Source of the DNA: Arenicellales bacterium
GTDB lineage: Bacteria > Pseudomonadota > Gammaproteobacteria > Arenicellales > JAJDZL01
Reading direction: 5' to 3'
Assembly (NCBI GenBank): GCA_965200545.1
Contig: CBDAUJ010000002.1
Span: forward strand, 1,224,850-1,288,849
DNA: 64,000 nucleotides
Shown: positions 41,092 to 51,400 of the stretch, piece after piece
How positions within the stretch are numbered: position 1 is the stretch's first letter
Layout of the letters: each line of letters begins with the position of its first letter
Program-made: the position numbers and the translations under genes
The notes under the pieces: generated by a model
Databases searched by the model: none
What the model saw: the letters and a program-made list of their open reading frames with translations, nothing else
What the model was told of the DNA's origin: nothing

Positions 41092-41764
41092 TCAGGTGCT
41101 ATCGCAGCCCAATGCCATTCTCGCTTCGGCGTGCGTATGCTTGGGGTGATCGTCCAAGGTCTGGGCCAGATTGCTTTGCCCGCACAGACAGTTGCGGACA
41201 TCAAAAGGGGTGCGGGGGCTGATCGAGAAGCACCCGGTGCTGCCGCTGAGAATGTTGGTATTCGCAGGCGTGTAGGTTCCGCCCGTCATGAAACACAGCG
41301 TGTTGATTGGATTGGCCAGTCCAAGCCCTGTCACATCCGCATAGTAAATGGCGGTATAGGGCGTTTTGGCGGCAACGGAGATGTTGTTGACTACTCTGGC
41401 CACCGCGTTTGTCGACGTGACCGTCCCTAAATCTGTTTCACTGACCTGGGTTCCTGTTTTGCTGTTGATCACCCGCAGTTTCAGGGGAAATTCGCTAACC
41501 GAGGAATCGCCGCCAAGCCGCCCCCTCAAGAATGAGTAGGTAACGCCAAAGAAGTTATTCGTGAAAATGCCCTGCATGCCCGCGCCGTTTATCACGCTGA
41601 GATTGATCGCAAGATGGTTGCCATCAATATTATGGACATGGCCGCCCCCGCAGGCGGGCTGGCCGACCAGTCCCGGCGCGGCCATCAGCAAGGCCGCCAG
41701 CGCGGCGGCAAGTGCCGTTAATCTAGCGAGTCGGGGGGGGGAATCAGCCTATTGGATTGTTTCA
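41092..41764 (-). CDS. Putative secreted protein A, reading frame broken at a 9-nt G/C run inside the signal-peptide region
   Basis: A GGAG RBS and the ATG at 41764 encode MKQSNRLIPPP, then hit TAA. With 10 (or 7) C residues the frame would continue as ...RLARLTALAAALAALLMAAPGLVGQPACGGG into the 199-aa ORF 41092..41691. Confidence 0.65.
41732..41740. repeat. G9 (C9 on the coding strand) homopolymer, candidate slipped-strand switch
   Basis: Read directly: gagtcGGGGGGGGGaatcag. It begins 24 nt after the ATG of protein A. Confidence 0.9.
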
Positions 41765-42085
41765 TGTTCTGCTTCTCCGGTTATCTGGTTAAGCATTCAG
41801 CGTTATCTCCCGGCGCATAGGAGTCAACGGCACCGATTGCATCCGAATGATAGCACATCTGAGCACTCTGCTCAGGGGAATCAAGGGGCAGGGGGCAGAA
41901 GTCTCGAATTCGGACAGGAGCTTGATCTGCTGGTCGGGATGCGTGTGAGACGTGCCCTATTGTTGTGCCAGCAGCCGTGCAGACATCAATTGAATTCTCA
42001 CCTTGTTCTGTCAATTTTGAAAATTCTGACGCATACCCGTGTACAGATAAGATAAAGTCGTAAAAATAATAATTTATCGATCATT

Positions 42086-43241
42086 ATGGAGAGGTCAAGA
42101 CTATATCCCTCCGCACTATATGCGGCGTTTGCGATCGCTGGTTGCGCCGAACAAGTGTGTTGTGACTTACGGTCAGCGCCGAAGTGGCTAAACGACCCTG
42201 ATTACCCGATATGTGCAAAGAGTATGAGCCTGATGCCCTGGTGGCCGCCGGTCAGGACATCTTCGTTCGAGATTATCTGGAAAGTCAATCGATAGCGAAG
42301 CTGAGAAGTTTCGTTGGGAATCATTTAACTTTCGTGATCGACGAGGCGCAGCATGTGCGTGATATTGGCTTGAACCTGAAACTGATTGTTGATCACATTC
42401 CTGATATTTCGGTTGTCGCAACGGAATTATCTTCGTTTGGATTGGGACATGCAGCTGGTACGCCGCTGACTGGTTGCAAGCATACACTTGTTTTGTCGCT
42501 ACTGGAACAATCGGAAATTCAGGTGCGGAAGTCACGCCATGAAACAGCTTCGAATCTTGAAGCTCGCCGGATTTACGGAGCCTATCCAGAGGTTGTTCTC
42601 AAAGAATCAAATCAAGAGCGTGAATTGTATTTGCAGGAATTGATTGATTCATATCTGCTCAAGGATATTCTGCAAGCCGGTGCGGTACGGCTGACCGACA
42701 AGCTGCTGCGTCTGCTGCAGCCAATCGCTTTTCAAATTGGAAAGCAGGTTTCTCTGACTGAATTAGGCTAGCAGCTTGGCATGAGCAAGAATTCGGCTGA
42801 ACGCTGTCTGAATTTGCTGGAGAACACTTTTGTCCTTTACAGCCGCAGCGTTTTCAGCCGCAACTTGCGCAAAGAAATTTCAAAAAGTCGGAGATATTAT
42901 TTTTATGACAATCGCATTCGCAATGCGCCGATGCGTAATTTCAATGTACTTTCGCTGCGTGATGATGTCGGTGCTTTATGGGAGAATTACGTGATGGCAG
43001 AGCGATTGAAGAGAAATTTGTACTTGGGATATCGAATAGAGAGTTTTTTCTGGCGAACTCATGATCGTCAGGAGATTATCTCATGGAGGAAGAGGGCGGA
43101 TGCATTGCGGCCGCTGAAATGAAGAGGTCCCGACAGCCAGCGTACAAAAGACTGGCGGCTTGGGCCAAAGCCTATCCTGAATGTGAGTATCAGATTGTTC
43201 ATCCGGACAATTATCTGGATTTCATTTGTATTGAAAATTAA
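42086..43241 (+). pseudogene. AAA ATPase with DUF4143 (AAA_14 family), multiply disrupted
   Basis: The Walker A reads GQRRSG*TTL, with TAA at 42189..42191 in place of the Lys codon. A frameshift follows shortly after. There is an in-frame TAG at 42769..42771 and another frameshift near 43085. Family motifs FVIDEAQHV, YFYDNRIRNA and the C-terminal ...AAEMKRS... are still readable. Confidence 0.8.
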
Positions 43242-43371
43242 GCATGGGATCTATCTTCAAGCTCGCGCAATGTTCTTTCCGTCAAGTCTTGGCTCTGAGT
43301 ATTTCTCGTTGGTGAAGAGTGATATCTCACCCCTGAAAGCAACGCGATTATTTGAGGATAGGCAGTGAATT

Positions 43372-43380
43372 TGGCATAAT
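43372..43380 (+). promoter_or_regulatory. Candidate extended -10 element (TGGCATAAT) upstream of NTPase copy 1
   Basis: It lies within the roughly 85-bp upstream block that is duplicated before both paralogs. Confidence 0.3.
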
Positions 43381-43446
43381 CTGAGCTCTAGAAGGATATT
43401 TGCGCGAATAGTGAATGTTCTAACCGTTGAGCTGTAGCCGCCATTG

Positions 43447-44745
43447 ATGGAGCCGAGACCTTTTCCGAAACCTGTCCCTGCTGAGCCTCTTGGCGAGGTC
43501 GAGTGGCTTCAGCGGACGGATCGGGCCGAAGTGGGACGCGAGCCGTTCTTTTGCGGCCGTGATGCCGAATACGAGGTTTTTCAAAAAGCGGCGACTAGTC
43601 TTTTGTCAGGTCACGTTGGCGGTGGGACCATGATCTTCCAAGGGGCGCCCGGAGCGGGTAAGTCAGCACTGCTGCAAGAGTGCATGGAAGCGGTGCGCCG
43701 GCACTCGACGCCCCAGGAGCCGTGGGTGGCCGTGTCGGTTTCCGCGAGCGGCTTGAAATCGTCTCTGGAGGTGATTGCAGCCTTGGCCGATGCGGCCGAT
43801 GCGGAGAGCCGGCGGCTGTCTCGGCTCAGTTCAAGCGCGTCGAAACTGGAGCCTTTGGCGAATCTGGGCAAACGGCTTTATGATGAGCTGTCGCAGCGGG
43901 GCTTCTCGCTGGCGGGAGTTGCGGTCGGGGGCAAGAGCCAAACGGAGTCGGATGCCGAGGTGCTGCCGGCGGGACTGTTTCGCAATGCCGCGCCGCTGCT
44001 GGAGGATTTTCGCTTCGTCGTATTGGTCGATGAGGCGCAGAACACGCCGGTGCGTGAGAGGACGAAAGCCGTTCTTGACTGCTTGCACCGGGACCCGCAG
44101 GGGATTCATCTGGTGGCGGCGTTTTTTGGATTGGGCGATACTGAGGAGGTGCTGGGCGAGTGCGGACTGTCGCGGCTTGCGATTGGGCGGGTTGTGAATT
44201 TGGAACCGCTTTCCCTGGCCGATGCGGCCGGCTCATTCAGGCGCATGCTTGACACGTATTACGCTGGCAGCGATGCGGAAAAAGACACTTGGTCCGTCTC
44301 TTTGGCCGAGTTGTCACAGGGCTGGCCGCAGCATATCAGCGGTATCGGCTATGGTGCCGGCGCAGTGATTCGTGAAAATCATGGGAAGCTGACGCGCTCA
44401 TGTCTTGCGAAAGCGTTGGAGCAGGGCGTTGAGCAGAAAAATGAATATTATGAAAAGCGCCTTATAGCTGGCAAGTATCCACCTTGGGTATACAAGCAGA
44501 TAGCGCTGAAAGCGGCAAAAAATCAAGGCCAGCTTGCGGGCATTATTACGTATGAGGAGGTGTATAGCCTGACTGAATCGGTTCGAAAAATGCAAAACCA
44601 AACTGTTGGCGAGTTTGTCACGACTGCCTTGCATGCCGGTCTGCTGGCGCCGGTGGACGGTCTGCCCTTTCACTATTGCTTTCCGATTCCGTCTTTGGGT
44701 GATTATCTGAGAGCGCTGCCGGTCGCGTTGCCCGATTCAGCCTGA
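43447..44745 (+). CDS. P-loop NTPase, AAA+/ORC-Cdc6- or STAND-like (AAA_16/22-like), paralog 1
   Basis: 432-aa product from the ATG at 43447. FCGRDAEYEVF precedes Walker A GAPGAGKSALL. Walker B is FRFVVLVDEAQ. The C-terminal region is helical and possibly a winged helix. Confidence 0.75.
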   Translation: MEPRPFPKPVPAEPLGEVEWLQRTDRAEVGREPFFCGRDAEYEVFQKAATSLLSGHVGGGTMIFQGAPGAGKSALLQECMEAVRRHSTPQEPWVAVSVSASGLKSSLEVIAALADAADAESRRLSRLSSSASKLEPLANLGKRLYDELSQRGFSLAGVAVGGKSQTESDAEVLPAGLFRNAAPLLEDFRFVVLVDEAQNTPVRERTKAVLDCLHRDPQGIHLVAAFFGLGDTEEVLGECGLSRLAIGRVVNLEPLSLADAAGSFRRMLDTYYAGSDAEKDTWSVSLAELSQGWPQHISGIGYGAGAVIRENHGKLTRSCLAKALEQGVEQKNEYYEKRLIAGKYPPWVYKQIALKAAKNQGQLAGIITYEEVYSLTESVRKMQNQTVGEFVTTALHAGLLAPVDGLPFHYCFPIPSLGDYLRALPVALPDSA

Positions 44746-45001
44746 GCCGTGTATGTCTGAGACCGACACGAGTGATCAGAATCAAGTTTTTCCTTTGACC
44801 GGATATCACCGCTTAAGGTGATTGGCTAATTGGCTGGATTCTGGGACTGGCCGCTGCTTCGAGGCGCGGTGAGTCTGAAAAACGATGCGGTACCAGTGAT
44901 TGCTGTTGAGACCGAGTTTCAGACAGGTTGCTCCACCAGTTTCTTCATGGCAAGCGGTAAAGAACAAAACCACACAAATATCTGGCGATAGCCAGTGAAT
45001 T

Positions 45002-45010
45002 TGGCATAAT
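45002..45010 (+). promoter_or_regulatory. Candidate extended -10 element (TGGCATAAT) upstream of NTPase copy 2
   Basis: Same conserved block as at 43372..43380. Confidence 0.3.
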
Positions 45011-45077
45011 CTGAGCTGTCGAAGGATGTTTTCGCGAATATAGCGAATGTTCCAGCTGTTGAGCTGTAGATGCCTGC

Positions 45078-46376
45078 ATGAACCCCAGACCTTTTCCGAA
45101 ACCTGCCCCCGCTGAGCCTCTTGACGAGGCTGTCTGGCTAGACCAAACCGATCGGGCCGAAGTGGGCCGCGAGCCGTTCTTTTGCGGCCGTGATGCCGAA
45201 TACGAGGTTTTTCAAAAAGCGGCGACCAGTCTTTTGTCAGGTCGCGTTGGCGGCGGGACCATGATCTTCCAAGGGGCGCCCGGAGCGGGCAAGTCAGCGC
45301 TTCTGCAAGAATGCATGGAGGCAGTCCGCCGGCACTCGACTCCCCAAGAGCCGTGGGTAGCTGCAGCGGTCGAGTTCAATGACTTGAAATCCCCTCGATC
45401 GGTAATGGCTGCTCTGATTCATGCTGCCGATGCGGAGACTCAGCGGCTCTCAGCACTTGTTTCAGATGACTCAAAAGTGAAGCATTTGGTGAATTTAGGC
45501 AAAAGACTTTATGACGAGCTGTCGCGGCGAGGTTTCTCATTCGCAGGCGTTTCCATCGGCGGGGAGAGTCAGACCGAACATAATACTGAGATATCGCCAG
45601 CAGAGCTGTTTCGCAATGCCGCGCCGCTGCTGGAGGATTTTCGCTTCGTCGTATTTGTCGATGAGGCGCAGAACACGCCGGTGCATGAGATGACGAAAGC
45701 CGTTCTTGACTGCTTGCATCGGGCTCCGCAAGGGGTTTGCCTGGTGGCGGCCTTTTTCGGATTGAGCGACACAAAAGACATATTGAGGAAATGCGGACTA
45801 TCAAGACTTGCGAGTGGCCGGGTGGTCAATTTAGAGCTTCTTTCGAAAAATCAGTCCAAGGGATCGTTCACGCGCATGCTGAACGCTTACTATCGCGGAA
45901 CGCGAGAAGAGAAAAGCTTTTGGGCTGAAACACTGGCTGAGCTGTCGCAAGGCTGGCCGCAGCATATCAATCGAGTTGGCGTGGCCGCCGGGCGCGTTCT
46001 TAGCTCCAATGGCCGGGTGTTGGAACGTGTTCTGCTTGATAGAGTTTTGGAATTGGGTGTTGAGCAGAAAAACAAATATTATGCGCAAAGGCTGGAGGCG
46101 GGCGGATACCCGCCTTGGGTATACAAGCAGATAGCGCTGAAAGCCGCAAAAAATCAAGGTCAGCTTTCTGGTATTGTTACTTTCGAGGAAGTTGACAGTT
46201 TGACTGAATCAGCTCGAAAAAATGAAAATCAAACTGCTGGCGAGCTTGTCGAGAGTGCCTTGCATGCCGGTCTGCTGGCGCCAGTGGACAGTCTGCCCTT
46301 TCACTATTGCTTTCCGATTCCGTCTTTGGGTGATTATCTGAGGGCGCTGCCAGTCGCACTGCCTGATTCTGCCTGA
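45078..46376 (+). CDS. P-loop NTPase, AAA+/ORC-Cdc6- or STAND-like, paralog 2
   Basis: 432-aa ORF with the same Walker A and B motifs. The N- and C-terminal blocks are nearly identical to paralog 1, and the central segments are diverged. Confidence 0.75.
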   Translation: MNPRPFPKPAPAEPLDEAVWLDQTDRAEVGREPFFCGRDAEYEVFQKAATSLLSGRVGGGTMIFQGAPGAGKSALLQECMEAVRRHSTPQEPWVAAAVEFNDLKSPRSVMAALIHAADAETQRLSALVSDDSKVKHLVNLGKRLYDELSRRGFSFAGVSIGGESQTEHNTEISPAELFRNAAPLLEDFRFVVFVDEAQNTPVHEMTKAVLDCLHRAPQGVCLVAAFFGLSDTKDILRKCGLSRLASGRVVNLELLSKNQSKGSFTRMLNAYYRGTREEKSFWAETLAELSQGWPQHINRVGVAAGRVLSSNGRVLERVLLDRVLELGVEQKNKYYAQRLEAGGYPPWVYKQIALKAAKNQGQLSGIVTFEEVDSLTESARKNENQTAGELVESALHAGLLAPVDSLPFHYCFPIPSLGDYLRALPVALPDSA

Positions 46377-46479
46377 GCCGCTGGATCTGCTGTGTGTTCG
46401 GGTCGACACTAAACTTTTTTGCCAATCGGAAAGTTCTGAATATTTTGGCTGAATGCCGCGTGATTGATGCACACCGCAT

Positions 46480-47247
46480 ATGGAATATTTCTCTGATCTG
46501 TCCAGAAAAACAGCCTTGATTACTGGGGCTTCTAGCGGTATCGGTCTGCATTTTGCGCACACTTTAGCCAATGCTGGCGCCAAAGTTATTCTGATTGCAA
46601 GACGAAAACAGCAGCTTGATCTTGCCGTTGCGCAAATCCAAAACCGCGGCGGAATTGCTGCGCGGGCAGTGATGGATGTTACGTCGAAAAGAAGTGTCGA
46701 TGCGGCTTTTGAGAGCGCAGGCAAAATCTTCGGTCGCATCGATGTAGTCATCAACAATGCTGGAATCGCTTCCGGCGGCAAGGCACTGGAGGTGTCTGAA
46801 AGTCAATGGGATCAGGTGATCGACACCAACCTTAAAGGCGTTTGGCTGGCGGCTCAGGCCGCGGCGCAAATGATGTCGGCTGACTGCCGCGGCGGATCGC
46901 TGATCAATATTGCGTCGATTTTGGGCATTCGCGTGATGGGCGGAGTCGTGCCCTACGCCGTCTCAAAAGCAGCTGTGGATCACCTCACACGGGTGCTGGC
47001 TTACGAGTGGGCAGTTCATGGCATTCGTGTCAACACGATCGCGCCGGGCTATGTGCTCACTGACATGAATCGCGCCTGGCTGCAGTCTCCGGCGGGCGAG
47101 AAGGTCAAGCATAAAATTCCCCAGCGCCGCTTCGGCAAAGTTCAGGACCTTGAGGGGCCGATGCTGCTGCTCGCTTCAGACGCATCTTCCTATATGACCG
47201 GTGCAACCATCGTGGTGGATGGCGGGCATTTGCAATCATCAATGTAA
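46480..47247 (+). CDS. SDR family oxidoreductase
   Basis: Motifs TGASSGIG, NNAG and YAVSKAA (YxxxK). Confidence 0.9.
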   Translation: MEYFSDLSRKTALITGASSGIGLHFAHTLANAGAKVILIARRKQQLDLAVAQIQNRGGIAARAVMDVTSKRSVDAAFESAGKIFGRIDVVINNAGIASGGKALEVSESQWDQVIDTNLKGVWLAAQAAAQMMSADCRGGSLINIASILGIRVMGGVVPYAVSKAAVDHLTRVLAYEWAVHGIRVNTIAPGYVLTDMNRAWLQSPAGEKVKHKIPQRRFGKVQDLEGPMLLLASDASSYMTGATIVVDGGHLQSSM

Positions 47248-47259
47248 CGGACAATCATC

Positions 47260-48462
47260 ATGGATTTTAATCTTTGTGAACAGGTAATAGATTTTCAGCG
47301 ACGGATTCGTTGTTTTATTGATGCCGAGGTCATTCCTGTAGAAATCATCCCAGAGGCGTACGATGAAGGCGAGAATATTACGGATCAGTATCTGCAGCCG
47401 CTGCGAGAAAAAGCGCGGTCGCAAGGGCTGTGGTGTCTGCAGATGCCGCAGTCACGCGGCGGTGGCGGACTTGATACAGTCGGCATGGCTGCCTGCTATG
47501 AAGAGATGGGCAGATCAATATTTGGCCCCGTCGTTTTCAACAGTGCGGCGCCCGATGATGGCAATATGATTGTGCTGGAGCGTGTTGGCACACCGGCTCA
47601 AAAAGAAAGATGGTTGCAGCCGATTATTGACGGTGAAGTGCGTTCGGCCCTGGCGATGACCGAGCCGGCCCCCGGGTCAGGCTCTGACCCGCTCGGCATG
47701 ATGCTGACGAAAGCGCAGCGAAAAGGCGATACCTGGATCGTTCATGGCCATAAATGGTTTATCACCGGTGCGGGTGTCGCCCAGCATTTCATTTTGCTGG
47801 CCAGAACCTCAGATGATCCGCGCAAGGGGTTGACCGCGTTTATGTTTGATCGTGATGATCCCGGCTGGGAATTGGTCCGTCGCATTCCGATTATGGGCCC
47901 GGAAGAACATGGCGGACACTGTGAGCTGAAATTCAACGGGCTCGAAATTCCGGATGAGAATCGCCTGCTGGAAGTAGGCGATGGCATGAAAGTGGTGCAG
48001 ATGCGTTTGGGCACCGCCCGCTTGACACACTGCATGCGCTGGCTGGGCCTTTGCCGCCGCGCATTGGAAATTGCCAGCGAATATGTTGCGGACCGCCGCG
48101 CTTTCGGCCACACGCTGATAGAGCACGAAGGGGTGCAGTGGATGCTTGGCGAAGCAGCAGCACAGGTTCATTTGGGCCGGCTGCTGACGATGCACGCTGC
48201 CTGGAAACTGACTCAGGGCGATTTCGCGCGCAAGGAAATTTCAATTGCTAAGGTATTGGTCGCCGATACGCTGCACCAGGTTGTTGACACGGCGATTCAG
48301 ATGCTGGGCGCGAAAGGCTATTCGAAAGACACTGTGCTGGAATGGATGTACCGCTACCAGCGACAGTCCAGACTGGTCGATGGCGCTTCCGAAGTGCATA
48401 AAATGGTACTGTCCAAATACTACATGAGCGAGGGAGACGCGTTCTTTCAATGGGGCGCCTGA
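47260..48462 (+). CDS. Acyl-CoA dehydrogenase family protein
   Basis: 400-aa ORF with the three-domain ACAD layout, including AMTEPAPGSGSD. Confidence 0.88.
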   Translation: MDFNLCEQVIDFQRRIRCFIDAEVIPVEIIPEAYDEGENITDQYLQPLREKARSQGLWCLQMPQSRGGGGLDTVGMAACYEEMGRSIFGPVVFNSAAPDDGNMIVLERVGTPAQKERWLQPIIDGEVRSALAMTEPAPGSGSDPLGMMLTKAQRKGDTWIVHGHKWFITGAGVAQHFILLARTSDDPRKGLTAFMFDRDDPGWELVRRIPIMGPEEHGGHCELKFNGLEIPDENRLLEVGDGMKVVQMRLGTARLTHCMRWLGLCRRALEIASEYVADRRAFGHTLIEHEGVQWMLGEAAAQVHLGRLLTMHAAWKLTQGDFARKEISIAKVLVADTLHQVVDTAIQMLGAKGYSKDTVLEWMYRYQRQSRLVDGASEVHKMVLSKYYMSEGDAFFQWGA

Positions 48463-48484
48463 AAAACAGATTGAATAAACGTCA

Positions 48485-51400
48485 ATGCCGGCACAAGGTC
48501 TACGCATGCACACGGACATCTCACTAAACGACAAATACACGGCAACCTCCGGTCGCATCTTTGTCACCGGTATCCAGGCCTTGGTGCGCCTGGCATTGCA
48601 GCAGCGTCGGGTGGACCAGGCCAACGGACTGAATACCGCAGGCTATATCAGCGGGTATCGGGGATCGCCCCTGGGCTCATTTGATCAGCAGCTGTGGCAA
48701 GCGAAAGAATTTCTTGATACGCATAAAATTGTTTTTCAGCCGGGCATCAATGAGGATTTGGCAGCGACTGCCATCTGGGGCACACAGCAGGCTGAACTCA
48801 ATGGCGAAGGGAAATACGATGGTGTATTTGCAATCTGGTATGGCAAAGGTCCGGGCGTAGATCGCAGCGGCGACGCATTTCGTCATGCCAACCTGGCGGG
48901 CACCTCAAGATACGGGGGCGTTCTGGCAGCGCTTGGCGATGATCATGCGTGCGAGTCATCGACCACCGCGCATCAAAGTGAATTCGCGCTTGTCGATGCC
49001 ATGATGCCGATTTTGAATCCTGCCTCGGTGCAGGACATTCTAGACTTTGGACTCGTTGGCTGGCAGCTTTCGAGATTTTCCGGGTGCTGGGTTGGATTGA
49101 AATGTGTGCACGATACGGTCGAGGCAACCTCCTCCATCGAATTGACGCAGCCATATCCGCAACTGCTAAACCCCGAAGATTTTGGTTTGCCGGCCGCTGG
49201 ACTCAACATCCGCTTGCCGGATACGCCGCTGGCGCAGGAACAGCGTTTGCATCAGTTCAAATTGCCGGCGGTACACCGGTACTGGCGGGAAAACTCTCTT
49301 GATCGACTGATATACGATCCGCCAGATGCCACCGTGGGAATCATTACTACTGGCAAATCCTATTCAGATGTCAGAAGAGCATTGAGCGAACTTCATATTG
49401 ATCAGGCTGAAGCCGTGCGTCTTGGACTGCGCCTCTGCAAGCTGGCGCTGAGCTGGCCCATTGAGCGAGAAGGATTGCTTCGGTTCGCCAAAGGTCTAAA
49501 AAAAATCATCGTCATTGAGGAAAAGCGTCCGCTGGTCGAAGATCAGGTCAAGAATTTGCTGTACAGCTGCGCTCAGCGGCCGAGCGTAGTCGGCAAGCTG
49601 GATGAGCAAGGCAAGTCCCTGTTGCCTTCGACCGCGCGTCTGGACGCCATGCAAATCGCATATGCTCTCGGTTCGCAGCTGCTGACTCAAGTGCCGTCTG
49701 AAACTCTGCGCAGTGCTTTGCAGGCCGTTCAATCGATTCTCGATCGAGCTCCCGCGCCGGCGCCTATGCAACGCATGCCATACTTTTGTGCGGGGTGTCC
49801 GCACAATACCTCAACCAAAGTGCCCCAAGACAGCATTGCTTTGGCCGGAATCGGCTGTCACTACATGGTGCAGTGGATGGATCGGTCGACTGCCCGCTAT
49901 ACACAAATGGGCGCCGAAGGTGCAAGCTGGATCGGAGAAAGTCGCTTTTCCAAGCGCGACCATGTCTTTCAGAATATCGGCGACGGCACCTACCTGCATT
50001 CTGGCATTATGGCGATCCGCGCGGCAGTTGCGTCGGCGACCACGATTACGTTCAAAGTGCTCTACAACGATGCGGTTGCCATGACTGGCGGACAGCCGAT
50101 GGACGGTCCGCTGACCGTTGGGCAAATCGCGCATCAACTGATCGCCGAAGGTGTCAGGCAAGTCGTCGTCGTAACTGATGATGTGGAAAAATGCCGTCGT
50201 AACAATACGGTTCCTGTTGAAGTGAAGATCGAAGATCGCAGTCATTTAAATGCAATTCAACGAAAAATAAGAGAAATTAGCGGCGTAACTGCAATCATCT
50301 ATGATCAGACCTGTGCTGCCGAGAAGCGTCGCCGGCGCAAGCGCGGTCAATACCCCGACCCCGCGAAGCACGTCTTTATCAACACTGAGGTATGCGAAGG
50401 CTGCGGCGACTGCGGAGTCCAGTCCAATTGTGTTGCAATATTGCCTCATGAGACGGAATTTGGCCGCAAACGGCGCATCGACCAATCGGCTTGCAACAAG
50501 GACTATTCCTGTATCAACGGATTTTGTCCGAGTTTTGTTACAGTCAACGGCGGCGCGCCGCGCAAGCCAGCCGTGGACGCTGCCAGCGACCGCTTTGACG
50601 GTTCCGAATTGCCGCCGCCAGTCGTCATGCAAATCAAGCGTGAATACTGCATTGTCGTTAACGGCGTGGGCGGCACGGGTGTCATTACAGTCGGCGCGGT
50701 GCTCGGCATGGCCGCTCATATCGCAAATCTTGGCTGTTCGGTGCTTGATATGCTGGGCCTGGCGCAAAAAGGCGGTGCGGTGATGAGCAACTTGATCATC
50801 GCCAAAACACCGCGAGACATTTCGTCTGTGCATGTTGCTCGCGCTGGAGCCGATTTGGTTATTGGCGGTGACCTGGTCGTTTCGGCGAGTGAGAAAACCT
50901 TGGACACGATCAAGCTTGACAAGACCTCGGTGATCGTCAACAGTTATGAAATGATGTCGGGCGATTTCGCCAGACTGCGTGATCTGGAGTTTCCCGGCAA
51001 ACGCCTGCAGATGCTGATCAGCGACGCGGCCGACGCATCGCGAGTGACATTCGTCAATGCGAACCGCTATGCCGAGAATCTGTTTGGCAATACGCTGGCA
51101 GCCAATTTGTTCCTGGTTGGCATCGCCATACAAGAAGGGTTGATTCCGATTCCTCTTGCCGCGATTGAAAAAGCCATTGAGCTTAATGGCCGCTCGGTCA
51201 AAATGAATCTGCTGGCACTGCATCGGGGTCGGCAGTTTGTGGTTGCGCCGCAAGCGGTTGAAGCGGCGCTTGCAGTCCATTGTCCGCTGCCGCCGGCATC
51301 GCGTTCGAGCGGTCTTGATGAGATGATTGCTCGCCGGATCAAGCATCTGACCGAATATCAGAATGCAGCCTACGCGCAGCGTTATCAGACAATGGTGCAA

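Larger units (their letters stand above)
43355..46383 (+). repeat. Tandem duplication (two units, start-to-start distance 1631 nt) covering promoter region plus NTPase gene
   Basis: Unit 1 spans about 43355..44752 and unit 2 about 44985..46383. About 230 bp of unique spacer separates them. Confidence 0.85.

Noticed and set aside
41915-41940. TGGCAC motif upstream of secreted protein A (minus strand), a possible sigma-54 -24 element
   Set aside because: The -12 position reads GG rather than GC, and there is no TTGC at the correct spacing.
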